Shown here: in pieces, positions 38,566 to 48,605 of the stretch
Layout of the letters: every line of letters begins with the position of its first letter
Numbering within the stretch: position 1 is the stretch's first letter
Source: a virus
Length of the DNA: 64,000 nt
Virus record (IMG/VR): IMGVR_UViG_3300021092_000026
Location: 10,852-74,851 of that record
Reading direction: 5' to 3' (one strand)
Notes under the pieces: generated by a model
Database searches by the model: none
What the model was told of the DNA's origin: nothing
Seen by the model: the letters and a program-made list of their open reading frames with translations, nothing else
Made by a program: the position numbers and the translations under genes

Positions 38566-40134
38566 CTAATTTTTAATAATACGGGTTGTATAATTTCCTG
38601 ATAGTGTTCTAACATTAACAAAAAGAATACCCCTTATAGTATCTTCAATATTAACTATTGAACGATTTTCATTGTATGTAATATCCGATTGAACATTAGA
38701 ACCCATAATATTAAATACTGAAATATTTGTAATAGGTTCGTTAGATTCCACCGTGAATTGGTTATTCATAGGGTTTGGATAAACACTCATTCGTTTTGAG
38801 ATATCCATATAACGAATAGATGTTCTAATTGTATCCGGGTTAAAATTAGACCAACCAATTGTCCAATCAGATGTACCAAACGCACCACGATGAGTAACGG
38901 GTGTAAAGAAATTGTTTGATAGTCGGGGATTTGAAAAAGAAGCACCTGTTAATAAAATACTATTTTGTTGAGGAAGCAATTGTGGGTTTGTTAGATTATT
39001 ATATCCTGAAGATAACCCAATTTGCGATGTACTATCAAATACTTCATTTTCTCTTAAACTATCACTAAAATAATTCACCATCCCAGCCCAAGAGTTTGCT
39101 CCGGCCGTTTGTTCAAATTTATTAGTCATATTAGCAAATACTACCCTTTCAATTTGAAGGATATCGTTGGTGGCATTTGATTGAGCAGCCGAACCATCAA
39201 TATGTACTCCCGTTGGATATCCCATAAATAATGAATTATAAACGGATGTTCTCGTGTTTCTACGAAGGTGTAATGCCCTACGATAAAGCGAATTTGGTGT
39301 TCCATTTTCTTTTGGACCGATAATAGTTACATTTGAAAATAGTGGTGCGGTAATAGGAGTATTCCCACTACCCGTTCCATCGTTATCAGATTCAAACCCG
39401 TTTGATTGGGATTGGTCGGCAATGGCTGCATCGCGTATTGATAAAGCAAACTGTACTTTACCTGTATAACCAAAATCGGTATCAAAATCATCATCCCATC
39501 CACGATGGGCAATTAGATATTTACCATTAACTGTTCCACCAAACCACTCAAAGGCATCATCGCCTGAATAACTGACTTGTACATATTCAATAATAGTTTT
39601 ACTACCAACACCACCCAAAGTTAATCCGTTAATTTCATTATTTGGTTGATAAGCAATGCCGGGAAATTCAATACGAACATACCTAAATACACCCGAACTA
39701 TCTTCATCATCAGTTCCACCATAGGTCGCATCTTGCCCTAAAAGACCACCTTCAATAATACCAACCCCACCAGGAATATTAGTGGTAGCGTTTCCTAAAA
39801 TAACAACACCACCCCAATCTCCATAACCTCGCTGACCGGTGGGTTCATTTGAGGTAAAAACAATTGGTTGGGTTTGAGTTCCATTTGCGTTAATACGGCC
39901 GTTTTTAGTAACAATTAAAGTTCCCTTTGATGCTTTATCGCCTCTGATAATTGTACCAGGTTCAATAGTTAAGGTTGCCCCATTTTTTACAAACCGATTT
40001 CCCGTTAGTAAATAAATTGTACCACTATTCCAAGTGGTGTTTGTTGTAATATCCGATTGGATAGTATCAACTGTAGTTTGCGCTTGTGCGAAACTAATCA
40101 TGCTCAAAAGAGCGAGAATAAAACTTTTTTTCAT
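38566..40134 (-). CDS. Secreted beta-helix protein with a T9SS type A C-terminal sorting domain
   Basis: Signal peptide ending AQA/Q; YVRIEF..EINGLTLGGVG..DDAFEWFGG; C-terminal VYPNP..ISVFNIMG..GILFV..RIIKN. Confidence 0.8.
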   Translation of the reverse strand: MKKSFILALLSMISFAQAQTTVDTIQSDITTNTTWNSGTIYLLTGNRFVKNGATLTIEPGTIIRGDKASKGTLIVTKNGRINANGTQTQPIVFTSNEPTGQRGYGDWGGVVILGNATTNIPGGVGIIEGGLLGQDATYGGTDDEDSSGVFRYVRIEFPGIAYQPNNEINGLTLGGVGSKTIIEYVQVSYSGDDAFEWFGGTVNGKYLIAHRGWDDDFDTDFGYTGKVQFALSIRDAAIADQSQSNGFESDNDGTGSGNTPITAPLFSNVTIIGPKENGTPNSLYRRALHLRRNTRTSVYNSLFMGYPTGVHIDGSAAQSNATNDILQIERVVFANMTNKFEQTAGANSWAGMVNYFSDSLRENEVFDSTSQIGLSSGYNNLTNPQLLPQQNSILLTGASFSNPRLSNNFFTPVTHRGAFGTSDWTIGWSNFNPDTIRTSIRYMDISKRMSVYPNPMNNQFTVESNEPITNISVFNIMGSNVQSDITYNENRSIVNIEDTIRGILFVNVRTLSGNYTTRIIKN

Positions 40135-40177
40135 AGATTGTTTTTTTAAATTGTTTATATAAATAAATATTGATTTT

Positions 40178-40516
40178 TTATTTCCAAAATATTTGTATCA
40201 ATATAATAACTCCTGATAAAATTAAACACACCATTGTTTTTGTATTTAAATTCTCTCCAAAAAGTAATTGTGAAAGTATAGCAAAAACCACTACCCCAAT
40301 ACCAAACCCAATAAGACGGGATGGCCAAAGTAACCCACCATAATAGTTGATAATTTGCCTAACCGATTCCATATACATCATTGATATTGGAATACCCATT
40401 AATACAATAACCCAATAGTTATCTTTGAACCATTGGTATTTTATCTGACCTTGTAGTTGATAAAAAGTAAGTACCTGTGCCAATAGCATCAGAAACATTC
40501 CGATTAAAAGTGCCAT
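40178..40516 (-). CDS. Small four-TM membrane protein
   Basis: Four hydrophobic helices. Confidence 0.7.
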   Translation of the reverse strand: MALLIGMFLMLLAQVLTFYQLQGQIKYQWFKDNYWVIVLMGIPISMMYMESVRQIINYYGGLLWPSRLIGFGIGVVVFAILSQLLFGENLNTKTMVCLILSGVIILIQIFWK

Positions 40517-40556
40517 TTTTTATTTTTTAAATTTATGAATAAACCTTTCTACCATA

Positions 40557-41006
40557 TTATGAACAATGATAATCTGCTGCTTTGGTAGCAATTTGAGAAT
40601 GGGGTTTTATATTTACTCTGTATCCTAAAGAACTCGCCCACCCTCTAGTAGCAGATACTAAACGATTGGAGGGCCAATATTCATCTTCATTATAATCCAT
40701 ATCCAACTCTACATTTACATTTATTTGTTGAGTAAACCATTCAGCGGTTTCTATTGTACGAGAACATTCTTCAAATAAACGCTTGAACAGGTCTTTTATG
40801 ATAGGTACTTTTTCTTTACTATAAATATAATGAACCCCTCTAATACCAAACCTATACGCAATAGCAGTTACATATACTGTTTGTATTCCCACATTTTGAG
40901 AATCAGTACCAATATATATTTTGGTTGATGGATACTTTTTTAGTACACCCAATGTATGCTCTATAGGGTCAACATAACCATTATCTACTGAACGAAATTT
41001 TTTCAA
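40557..41006 (-). CDS. RNase H-like YkuK (DUF458) family protein
   Basis: IYIGTDSQ, RLFEE, DMDYN, IKP..ATKAAD. Confidence 0.75.
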   Translation of the reverse strand: MKKFRSVDNGYVDPIEHTLGVLKKYPSTKIYIGTDSQNVGIQTVYVTAIAYRFGIRGVHYIYSKEKVPIIKDLFKRLFEECSRTIETAEWFTQQINVNVELDMDYNEDEYWPSNRLVSATRGWASSLGYRVNIKPHSQIATKAADYHCS

Positions 41007-41068
41007 TTTTTAAAGATATTTTTATCTTCTAATATAATAATTAGTTTTTTCATAGGTTTATTTTTTTG

Positions 41069-41142
41069 TACTCCGTACGGGACTCGAACCCGTAAGCTTT
41101 CCCGTGAAAGGGGAATGTCCTAACCAATTAGACGAACGGAGC
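41069..41142 (-). tRNA. tRNA-Glu(TTC)
   Basis: TTCCC-CTTTCAC-GGGAA, GGTTCGAGTCC. Confidence 0.95.
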
Positions 41143-41152
41143 GCATTTATTG

Positions 41153-41226
41153 TGTTCCTGGTAGGGTTCGAACCTACGACCACCTGATTATGAGTCAGAC
41201 GCTCTAACCTGCTGAGCTACGGGAAC
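41153..41226 (-). tRNA. tRNA with CAT anticodon, probably Ile2 (lysidine) rather than Met
   Basis: TCTGA-CTCATAA-TCAGG; G1-C72 pair, C4-G69 and C5-G68; no GGG/CCC initiator stem. Confidence 0.85.
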
Positions 41227-41368
41227 GATTTTTTTAGATTAATGATGTTAAAATATTACCAACAATAGCAAAGGCCCAAGCTATAATTACTAAAGTTGAT
41301 AACGCTACTACAAAGTAGTGAAATACATCATCCGGTGTGGTTTTTAGTTTCATACCTATTACTTTTTA

Positions 41369-41584
41369 TTAGCGATATAGTGTAACAATACTACCAAACT
41401 CTTCATCAAAGATTTTGATTAAGTTTTCATAATCACCACTCATCATCCTATTGGTAATTTCTTTTGAATCCTTACCAAGTTGTTTGGCCAACTTTGATGC
41501 AGTTCCAATAAGAAAGAATGCGTTACCTTGAGGGCCAGTCAAATCAATTTCTAAATTGCGGTTGGTTGGTTTTTTCTTTATCAT
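41369..41584 (-). CDS. Hypothetical phage protein
   Basis: IDLTGPQGNAF..MMSGDYENLI. Confidence 0.7.
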   Translation of the reverse strand: MIKKKPTNRNLEIDLTGPQGNAFFLIGTASKLAKQLGKDSKEITNRMMSGDYENLIKIFDEEFGSIVTLYR

Positions 41585-41589
41585 AATTT

Positions 41590-41916
41590 TTATTTTAAAT
41601 AATTTGGTCCATACGGGGTATAATTACAACCTTCAGTAACATTTCCACGACTAATTGCGGCGGGTTGACGGTGGGTTGCTGCTTTTAACAAATCACCTCT
41701 AAGATAAGGTCTACCTTTTAATACACCATTATTACGGGCGATAAATCCCCACACAGAATTGTTTACTACAATTTTGTGAAATTTACTTCCGGTGTTTAAC
41801 TTTATATCAACTATCGCCCTACCGAATTGAGCATTGTAATACTCATTCAGTTGGGATGTTAATACATTCATAAAATCCTCAATAGTGGTGCAGGGGGGGC
41901 AATTCAATTGTTTCAT
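41590..41916 (-). CDS. Hypothetical phage protein
   Basis: SVWGFI..GDLLKAA..PA..RGNV. Confidence 0.7.
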   Translation of the reverse strand: MKQLNCPPCTTIEDFMNVLTSQLNEYYNAQFGRAIVDIKLNTGSKFHKIVVNNSVWGFIARNNGVLKGRPYLRGDLLKAATHRQPAAISRGNVTEGCNYTPYGPNYLK

Positions 41917-42115
41917 ATAAAATTTAGGTTAAATCTTTAATTTATAAAATCGGATGCGTTGACAATAAAATCTTCTTCTTCGCCTGTATGAAAATTCTTA
42001 ACAACTACAATGAATGAGTTTTCATTGAATTTACCGTGAACCATACCTTCACGAATAACTCCATTATCATTGAATTTACGAATTTCTGAAATCTTTATTT
42101 TGTTCATAATCTTAA

Positions 42116-42673
42116 TTAAGCTGTGATACCACTCATATATGGTAATAACTCAACCTTAGCTTTTTCAGCTATTTTAGTATCTACATACTTTACAGTATCA
42201 CTAAAGGTTCTCCCACTACGAACTTCATTCACAACCCACTCTACAGTACCAAAGCGGGGTTGGTTTTCAGTAAATGCGTATTTAACACCCGCCTCCAACT
42301 CCAATCCATTATCGGAAATAGTACCACTATTTTCATAGCTTTCATACATATCAATCATTCCATTGAATTTACCATACTCCCACATATCCACAAAATCAGA
42401 AATCGTTTTGAAAGATTGAGAGTCAATTGGAGCGCCTAATTTGGTGCATACATACACACGGAGGGAGTTACCACCTGAAAAGGAATCCGATGCCACACGG
42501 CACAACACATTTGGAAAATTTCGCTTAACAAACTGCTTCACCAAAAGACCGGCGGTAGGGGGATTCACATACACATACTTACTACCCTTAGTAGGGCCGT
42601 AGTTTTTAGTACGGATTGCTTTCAACGGGAGTTCGTAAGAAGAACCGTGGATACTAACTGAAAATTTTGTCAT
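42116..42673 (-). CDS. Hypothetical protein, possibly an LPD29-like polyvalent-protein domain
   Basis: FP..FSGGNSLRV..FNGMIDMYE. Confidence 0.5.
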   Translation of the reverse strand: MTKFSVSIHGSSYELPLKAIRTKNYGPTKGSKYVYVNPPTAGLLVKQFVKRNFPNVLCRVASDSFSGGNSLRVYVCTKLGAPIDSQSFKTISDFVDMWEYGKFNGMIDMYESYENSGTISDNGLELEAGVKYAFTENQPRFGTVEWVVNEVRSGRTFSDTVKYVDTKIAEKAKVELLPYMSGITA

Positions 42674-42816
42674 AATATAGGGGTTTAATTTTTTAGGATG
42701 CTAATTCGGTATCAAACCTTTGAACAGGCTCTTTAAGCAGGTTTACCCTACAAGGTTCATCAACGATGAAAAGGTAAACAATCAATAAACTCATTAGGTT
42801 CGTTTTCATATCTCTC

Positions 42817-42940
42817 ATTAACTTACAAAGTAAAGATACTACAGAAAACCTATATTTCCAAGCTTTCAATATTAAATTATCATTAAATTTATCCACATTT
42901 TGCTCTAAATCCACGAAATAGTGTCCAATTTAGTGGACAC
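42817..42940 (-). promoter_or_regulatory. Promoter module copy with DnaA box and palindrome
   Basis: TTG-N20-TATCTTTA; TTATCCACA 42889; GTGTCCA-N6-TGGACAC 42921-42940. Confidence 0.75.
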
Positions 42941-42956
42941 TTTTTTATATGGGTGG

Positions 42957-43205
42957 TTAATTCCACCTTTTTTCATGCCGTTCCTTTAATTCATTTACCT
43001 CTAATTTAACCTCTAACCAATATTCATATCCTCTATCTGCCCCCATATCACCCAATACCTCATTACAGGTTATTAATGCGCATTGGATTGCTTCACTCCA
43101 CCTGCTACTACAACAATTAATTCCTGTGTTTAGGCTACCATTGTTGGGGAATGAGTAATAAAATTTATCCACCAACCATTTTGCTTTTTCTTTTGCAGTC
43201 ATCAT
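42957..43205 (-). CDS. Hypothetical protein
   Basis: MTAKEKA..YWLEVK. Confidence 0.65.
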   Translation of the reverse strand: MMTAKEKAKWLVDKFYYSFPNNGSLNTGINCCSSRWSEAIQCALITCNEVLGDMGADRGYEYWLEVKLEVNELKERHEKRWN

Positions 43206-43339
43206 AACATTTACAATTTTTTATCATTATGCTTTTTATACAAATGCGTTGTAATGATGAATATCGCAAAAACAACCATCATTATAAATGATAGTATCGT
43301 AAAATCTATTTTAATCATAACTTTATTTTTTTATTAATT

Positions 43340-43645
43340 TTATGATATCATCCAATTAATATCCTGTTTGTATGTAATAATTTCATGCCCATTATAATCA
43401 TTAATTGTAAATTCGGTATCAACAGGTATTAAACATACTGATAAACCGGATATACCTCCGAGATGTATGCCTGGATAAGTTTTTTCTACATATGATATGG
43501 TGGCATCGTGATTACCTGATTCAACCAACTCAATTAATTTTGGGTCAAAAACTGCGTTGGGTGGTGCTCCATAGGTATAAAACCCTGAACCATGCCCTTC
43601 AGATATTAAGACCTTGGTCATGCCATCAACAACTACTTTTTCCAT
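43340..43645 (-). CDS. Hypothetical protein
   Basis: Intact ORF. Confidence 0.65.
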   Translation of the reverse strand: MEKVVVDGMTKVLISEGHGSGFYTYGAPPNAVFDPKLIELVESGNHDATISYVEKTYPGIHLGGISGLSVCLIPVDTEFTINDYNGHEIITYKQDINWMIS

Positions 43646-43835
43646 AATGTATATTATTTAATTTAAACTAAAATAATTATCACCATCCGTAACACCATTA
43701 TAATATTCTAAAAGAATAAGTTCTGCTGTTTCCTCATCAACCCATTGGTGGTATTGTGTAAATTCACCAACCCAAAATTTACCATATTGATAAGGTAAAT
43801 CCCATACTGATAATTTTGTGTTTTTCATATCTTAA

Positions 43836-44234
43836 TTAAAGTTTAATTTCAAAACGATTACGCATTTGTTCAATCTTTTCTTCGGGTACTCCATGCTCAT
43901 TGACACCATTATGGCGATTTTCAACAATGATAGAAAATACTTGATATTCATATTTAGCAGCCAATTTATAGTATGCTTCCATCTCCCACTCTTGAGTGAA
44001 AGTGTTGGAAACCACAATCCGATTTACATTGATTTGTGGGTCATTACATCTCATCCATATTTGTGTTTGTGATTGGCAGTAATTATGTGCTAATTTAAGT
44101 TTAGAAGCATCAAAATTATATTTACCATCCACCATAAAGTATTGGTCGGCTTCAATATTAATACCACCAAGCGCTTTAGCAAATGTTGATTTACCCGAAC
44201 CTGGCAGGCCACGAACTAAAAATAACTTTTTCAT
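43836..44234 (-). CDS. P-loop kinase (AAA_33 / polynucleotide kinase-like)
   Basis: RGLPGSGKST, EADQYF, VSNTF, NEHGVP. Confidence 0.85.
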   Translation of the reverse strand: MKKLFLVRGLPGSGKSTFAKALGGINIEADQYFMVDGKYNFDASKLKLAHNYCQSQTQIWMRCNDPQINVNRIVVSNTFTQEWEMEAYYKLAAKYEYQVFSIIVENRHNGVNEHGVPEEKIEQMRNRFEIKL

Positions 44235-44430
44235 TTTGTTAAACCTCTTTTTTTAAAGTAAACCAAAGTATTAGATATATCCAAAATGCGTATGGGAATA
44301 TAAATAAAAATCCTATTCTCCAAAGGATTGGTGGTATTCCACTCCATTTACCAAGTCCATCACATACCCCACCAATATAACCATTACCTAAAAATAACTT
44401 ATCCATAAAATATAGTTATAGTTTTCATAT

Positions 44431-44464
44431 ACAAATATACAAATTAAATTTTAAATATCCAAAT
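44431..44464 (-). promoter_or_regulatory. Canonical Bacteroidota sigma-A promoter
   Basis: Minus strand TTTG..N20..TATATTTG, matching TAnnTTTG. Confidence 0.7.
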
Positions 44465-45507
44465 TAAAGTTTAGAAAATTTAGGACGGATTATTTTCCAT
44501 ATCAATCCCGAATAATCTTTATCATCATACATCTTAAATAAGATTGCCGGGTACTTATGCTTTTTAGCAAGTTCAGCGAACCTGGCACGAATTTCAAATT
44601 CATCGGATTTACTAAGAATCTTAAATATCCAAATATATTCATCCTCTATTTTATTGTATTTATCCACCAACTTATTTGAGTATTGGCGAATCTTATCATA
44701 AAATTCATCGGGAACATCGGTTAGGGTTGATAGAATATCACCACCATTAGAAAGAGCATCCCATACTGCGGTAGTAGAAAGGTGGGTCATTATTCGGTGA
44801 AGTCTTAAATATTCTTCACCTTTTATTTTAACCCTATCACCGTTTGAGAAACGAACTACGAATCCTTCCTGATTGTTTTTTACCATACCTTTTAATAGAT
44901 TGTAGTTAGATATAGTATCGTATTTCTTTACTAAATCCCAACCTTTAAAAGTAGCTGGTTCACCCCAATAAATTTCAAAAGTAGATGAATCATCTCGCAA
45001 AATTTCTTCACCGGTATCGGTTTTGATAGCAGCAAGTAAAACAAGTCGGCTCACTCCACCATAATCAACAACTATCTTATTTTCGGGATAGATTATCTCA
45101 AACAGGTAGGTGTAACCATCTAATAGAATTTCAGAAAAATTATACCTATCACCCCAATCAGCCATCCATATAGCTTGTTCGGATGTGAATGAACCACGAG
45201 TAGCATAAACAGCCCGACCTTCCCACAAAAAAACGATTCCCAAAGAACCATCCATTTTTTCAAAAACTTGGAACTTTTCAGTTGGTGTATGTTTTTTCTC
45301 TTCAATATTAAAAAACTTTTGGAATGGACGAGCAACTATTTGACCACTACCATCAGTAACAAGACCTCTACACTGTAAAGTAATCTCATCCCACAAACTT
45401 TCATATTGAACCTTTTCGGTATAGTTCCATATAGTAAGTGGTAAGGTTGGGTGAATCTGCGAATATAACAATCCCCTCTCCTTATAATCATTTAATATAT
45501 CTAACAT
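44464..45507 (-). CDS. RNA ligase, T4 Rnl1 family
   Basis: CRGLV, RPFQKFFN, motif I EKMDGS, TRGSF, FEIIYP, EGFVV, RVKIK. Confidence 0.92.
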   Translation of the reverse strand: MLDILNDYKERGLLYSQIHPTLPLTIWNYTEKVQYESLWDEITLQCRGLVTDGSGQIVARPFQKFFNIEEKKHTPTEKFQVFEKMDGSLGIVFLWEGRAVYATRGSFTSEQAIWMADWGDRYNFSEILLDGYTYLFEIIYPENKIVVDYGGVSRLVLLAAIKTDTGEEILRDDSSTFEIYWGEPATFKGWDLVKKYDTISNYNLLKGMVKNNQEGFVVRFSNGDRVKIKGEEYLRLHRIMTHLSTTAVWDALSNGGDILSTLTDVPDEFYDKIRQYSNKLVDKYNKIEDEYIWIFKILSKSDEFEIRARFAELAKKHKYPAILFKMYDDKDYSGLIWKIIRPKFSKL

Positions 45508-45523
45508 ACTAAATTTTATCTTA

Positions 45524-45778
45524 TTAATTATAGAATAATCCTTCAGATAACTTATTGCTTAATGTATGGTCCATATAATCCCACGGGTGCATTCCTGCTA
45601 TTTCCCTTAGTTTACTATCTCTAGCTAACCACATAACACTATCATATTGTAATTCCCCAATATAATTGGAGGATTTCATTTGTTCCAAAATTGCGGAAAC
45701 CGATAAGGGATACTTATTAGCCTCTCCTTCAATTACTGCTTTAGCTTCCGGCTTCAATCGTTCAAATAGATTTTTCAT
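45524..45778 (-). CDS. Hypothetical protein
   Basis: Intact ORF behind the promoter module at 45794-45858. Confidence 0.65.
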   Translation of the reverse strand: MKNLFERLKPEAKAVIEGEANKYPLSVSAILEQMKSSNYIGELQYDSVMWLARDSKLREIAGMHPWDYMDHTLSNKLSEGLFYN

Positions 45779-45855
45779 AACTTTTATTTTTTAATTTACA
45801 AAGTAAAGATACTACAAAAGGAGCAATTATCCAAACTTTCAATATTAAATTATCG

Positions 45856-46068
45856 TTAAGTTTTAGATGAGGCCTCATTTACCCACTCTCCACTTGAATC
45901 CTCCCAGTAGATTCGATTACCTTCAGAATCGTATTCATACTTTACCCAAAACCTATCCGAATTTTCGGAGTAGATTAGGTTATTATTCGTGTCCCGTATT
46001 TCCAACCGACCGATGGTCTCAAAGTCCCAGTTAAGAAACTGTCCAATTGTTTGTGTCGTATTTCTCAT
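45856..46068 (-). CDS. YD-like repeat family paralog (short or truncated)
   Basis: TIGQFLNWDF..EYDSEGNRIYWEDS. Confidence 0.65.
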   Translation of the reverse strand: MRNTTQTIGQFLNWDFETIGRLEIRDTNNNLIYSENSDRFWVKYEYDSEGNRIYWEDSSGEWVNEASSKT

Positions 46069-46099
46069 TTTTTAATTTACAATGTAAAGATACTAAATT

Positions 46100-46747
46100 T
46101 TATAAACGTTTATAGATGTAATTACCACTACCAACATGCATTACTTCGGTATATCCCAAATCTTTTAAAGCATCTCTACCAGTATATGGTTTTTTTAATT
46201 CTTTATGTAATACTTCAATGAATATTATTGGTGAATTATTAGTAAGTGTTTCTTTTGCACCTTCAATAGTATTAACTTCATGTCCCTCCACATCCATTTT
46301 GATAAAATCAATATTGGTAAGTTCATAACTATCCAACGTTCTTAAATTTATTTCAGTCTGTCTTTGTTTGTGTTTGGTTTCTTTTGTTGTTAGTTTTTTC
46401 CACTCAAGCGTAGATGAGCCTGAATTAAAATCCAACTCCCGTATCACTCCCGTTCCTTCTTTGTTTGAAAGACCTACCTCATTCAAAACCACATTAGAGT
46501 ATTGTTTTAAATTTTCTTTATGACATTCAATATGTTTTGAAATAGGTTCGAATGCATATACCTTTTCAAATATTGATGCCATTCTTCTTGTCCAAATACC
46601 AACATGGGCGCCAATATCTAATGCAGTTCTACATTTACTCAAATGCATTACTACTTCTTTCCAATGTTTAATCTCATAATTCAAACACCAATTTTGCCAC
46701 ATTTCCTCATCAGGAATCCATAGCTTTTTATCTTTTGCTAATTTCAT
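46100..46747 (-). CDS. FkbM-family methyltransferase
   Basis: LDIGAHVG, AFEP, FIKMDVEGHE. Confidence 0.9.
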   Translation of the reverse strand: MKLAKDKKLWIPDEEMWQNWCLNYEIKHWKEVVMHLSKCRTALDIGAHVGIWTRRMASIFEKVYAFEPISKHIECHKENLKQYSNVVLNEVGLSNKEGTGVIRELDFNSGSSTLEWKKLTTKETKHKQRQTEINLRTLDSYELTNIDFIKMDVEGHEVNTIEGAKETLTNNSPIIFIEVLHKELKKPYTGRDALKDLGYTEVMHVGSGNYIYKRL

Positions 46748-46759
46748 AATTAATTATCG

Positions 46760-46960
46760 TTAAGTTTTTGGTGATTGATTCGCTTTGAGGAACAACAGCA
46801 AAATCACCAATAACTTTAAGTTAGATGGCTGATGACCCCCTATGTAATTCATTACGGTTGTCCCCACCACCCACCAAAATAAAAATAAGTAGATGTTATC
46901 ACCTACAAAAAAGATAAAATCTATGATTTTTTCTTTTATATATTCTAAAAAGTTTTTCAT
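46760..46960 (-). CDS. Small membrane protein
   Basis: Hydrophobic segments. Confidence 0.5.
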   Translation of the reverse strand: MKNFLEYIKEKIIDFIFFVGDNIYLFLFWWVVGTTVMNYIGGHQPSNLKLLVILLLFLKANQSPKT

Positions 46961-46986
46961 TTGTGTAATTTATTTTTTGTATATTG

Positions 46987-47193
46987 CTATTTTATTCTAA
47001 TTGTAGAATAAATTCGACCATCTATTGTTACCCGTATGTGATAAGTACCGATTGAATCAATACAAATATAATTTCCACTATTTACAGTATAAACAATAGG
47101 GTATGTAGTTTGGAGCATTGGTACATCGTGGTATGGGCCGGAACAGCTTGTAAGTAGAACACCTAAAACGAGTACTGATAGTAATTTTTTCAT
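46987..47193 (-). CDS. Small lipoprotein
   Basis: MKKLLSVLVLGVLLTSC lipobox. Confidence 0.75.
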   Translation of the reverse strand: MKKLLSVLVLGVLLTSCSGPYHDVPMLQTTYPIVYTVNSGNYICIDSIGTYHIRVTIDGRIYSTIRIK

Positions 47194-47202
47194 TTGTGTA
47201 AT

Positions 47203-47823
47203 TTATTTTTTTGATTTGGTATGCGATTCTTTAATAACAATTTTGGTTATGGATTTGATATTCTCTAAAATATCATCAAATCTCTTTTCAATATATTCAT
47301 CAAAATGAGATTCATCATCAAAATCTCTGCCCCCATCAAATTGAACATCAAATTTTTGTTCTTTCAGTAATTTTTTTAACAGGAATATTACTCGTGATTT
47401 GCCTGAATTTTCAATACCAGAGACATCAATGGTTATTTCATTTTTTGGTCGGTTGTCTTTGATTACACCATTTGAATCCTCAAAGTAGATACTATTGCCG
47501 TTAGAATCATACTCCCGAGTTGACCAATACCCATACGAATCTTTATGGTAGATTTGATTTCCGTTTGAATCAAATTCCCACTCTGCCCACTGTCCATACG
47601 AATCCTCCCAGTAGATTAGATTATTTTTGGAATCATACTCCCGTTTTGTCCAATCTCCATTGAAAGTTTCAAGATAGATTTCATTTCCATTGGAATCATA
47701 TTCCCATTTATACCAATCCCCATTCCGATTTTCAAAGTAAATTGGGTTATCATTTTTGTCCCGAATTTCCAAGTTATCATTCCTATCGAAATCCCAATTG
47801 ATTTGCTGTCCTATTGTTTTCAT
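47203..47823 (-). CDS. YD-like repeat protein fused to a P-loop-like C-terminal domain
   Basis: 21-aa EYDSNGNxIYxExxxGxWxxx repeats; C-terminal GIENSGKS. Confidence 0.75.
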   Translation of the reverse strand: MKTIGQQINWDFDRNDNLEIRDKNDNPIYFENRNGDWYKWEYDSNGNEIYLETFNGDWTKREYDSKNNLIYWEDSYGQWAEWEFDSNGNQIYHKDSYGYWSTREYDSNGNSIYFEDSNGVIKDNRPKNEITIDVSGIENSGKSRVIFLLKKLLKEQKFDVQFDGGRDFDDESHFDEYIEKRFDDILENIKSITKIVIKESHTKSKK

Positions 47824-48545
47824 TGTTTCACAAGTTTATACTTTACGCCTTCAATTTCTATTACTTTGTCCTCGCAGGGTTTTGGTCGGTTGTCTTTGAT
47901 TACACCATTTGAATCCTCAAAGTAGATTTCATTGCCTTTAGAATCCCATTCTCGCTTTGTCCAAAACCCATTTGAATTTTCATAGTAGATTTCTTTACCC
48001 TTAGAATCGTATTCCCACCTTTCCCAATCTCCAACTGAATTCTCAGAGTAGATTAGATTATTTTCGGAATCATACTCCCGCTTTTTCCAATATTCATTTG
48101 AAGTTTCAAAATATATTTCATTGCCGTTAGAATCATATTCCCATTTATACCAATCTCCATCCGGATTCTCATAATAGATTGGATTATTATTTTTGTTTCG
48201 GATTTCCAAGAAACCATAGATTTCAAAATCCCAATTGATTTGCTGTCCTATTGTTTTCATAATGTTTTTATTTATATTAACCATACACTTTATACCATCT
48301 TCGGATTCAAACACCCATTGGTCCGTATAATCTATTTTAATTTCCTTTACAAATCTAAATCTACGAAACCCACACGTTCCAAAATTTTTGATATAAAATT
48401 GTTTTTTACCATTTGGAAACGGAAACTTATAATATGAACCAACTTCATGAAGATTCCAAGCATCACCATAGAATGTATTGGAATTAATATCCCATTTAAA
48501 GCTATGAATATCGTAGGTTATGTTTTTCACAACTACAATATACAA
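47820..48545 (-). CDS. YD-like repeat protein with an unrelated N-terminal extension; family start at 48260
   Basis: Internal MKTIGQQINWDF; cap DNRPKPCEDKVIEIEGVKYKL; the 5' end overlaps a promoter module, so the start is uncertain. Confidence 0.7.
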   Translation of the reverse strand: MYIVVVKNITYDIHSFKWDINSNTFYGDAWNLHEVGSYYKFPFPNGKKQFYIKNFGTCGFRRFRFVKEIKIDYTDQWVFESEDGIKCMVNINKNIMKTIGQQINWDFEIYGFLEIRNKNNNPIYYENPDGDWYKWEYDSNGNEIYFETSNEYWKKREYDSENNLIYSENSVGDWERWEYDSKGKEIYYENSNGFWTKREWDSKGNEIYFEDSNGVIKDNRPKPCEDKVIEIEGVKYKLVKQ

Positions 48546-48605
48546 CAGAAAACCTATATTTCCAAAATTTTCCGATTAAAATTTATCGTTAAATTTGGGT
48601 TAAAG

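Noticed and set aside
41153-41226. Initiator tRNA-fMet
   Set aside because: It has a G1-C72 pair and lacks the three G-C pairs in the anticodon stem
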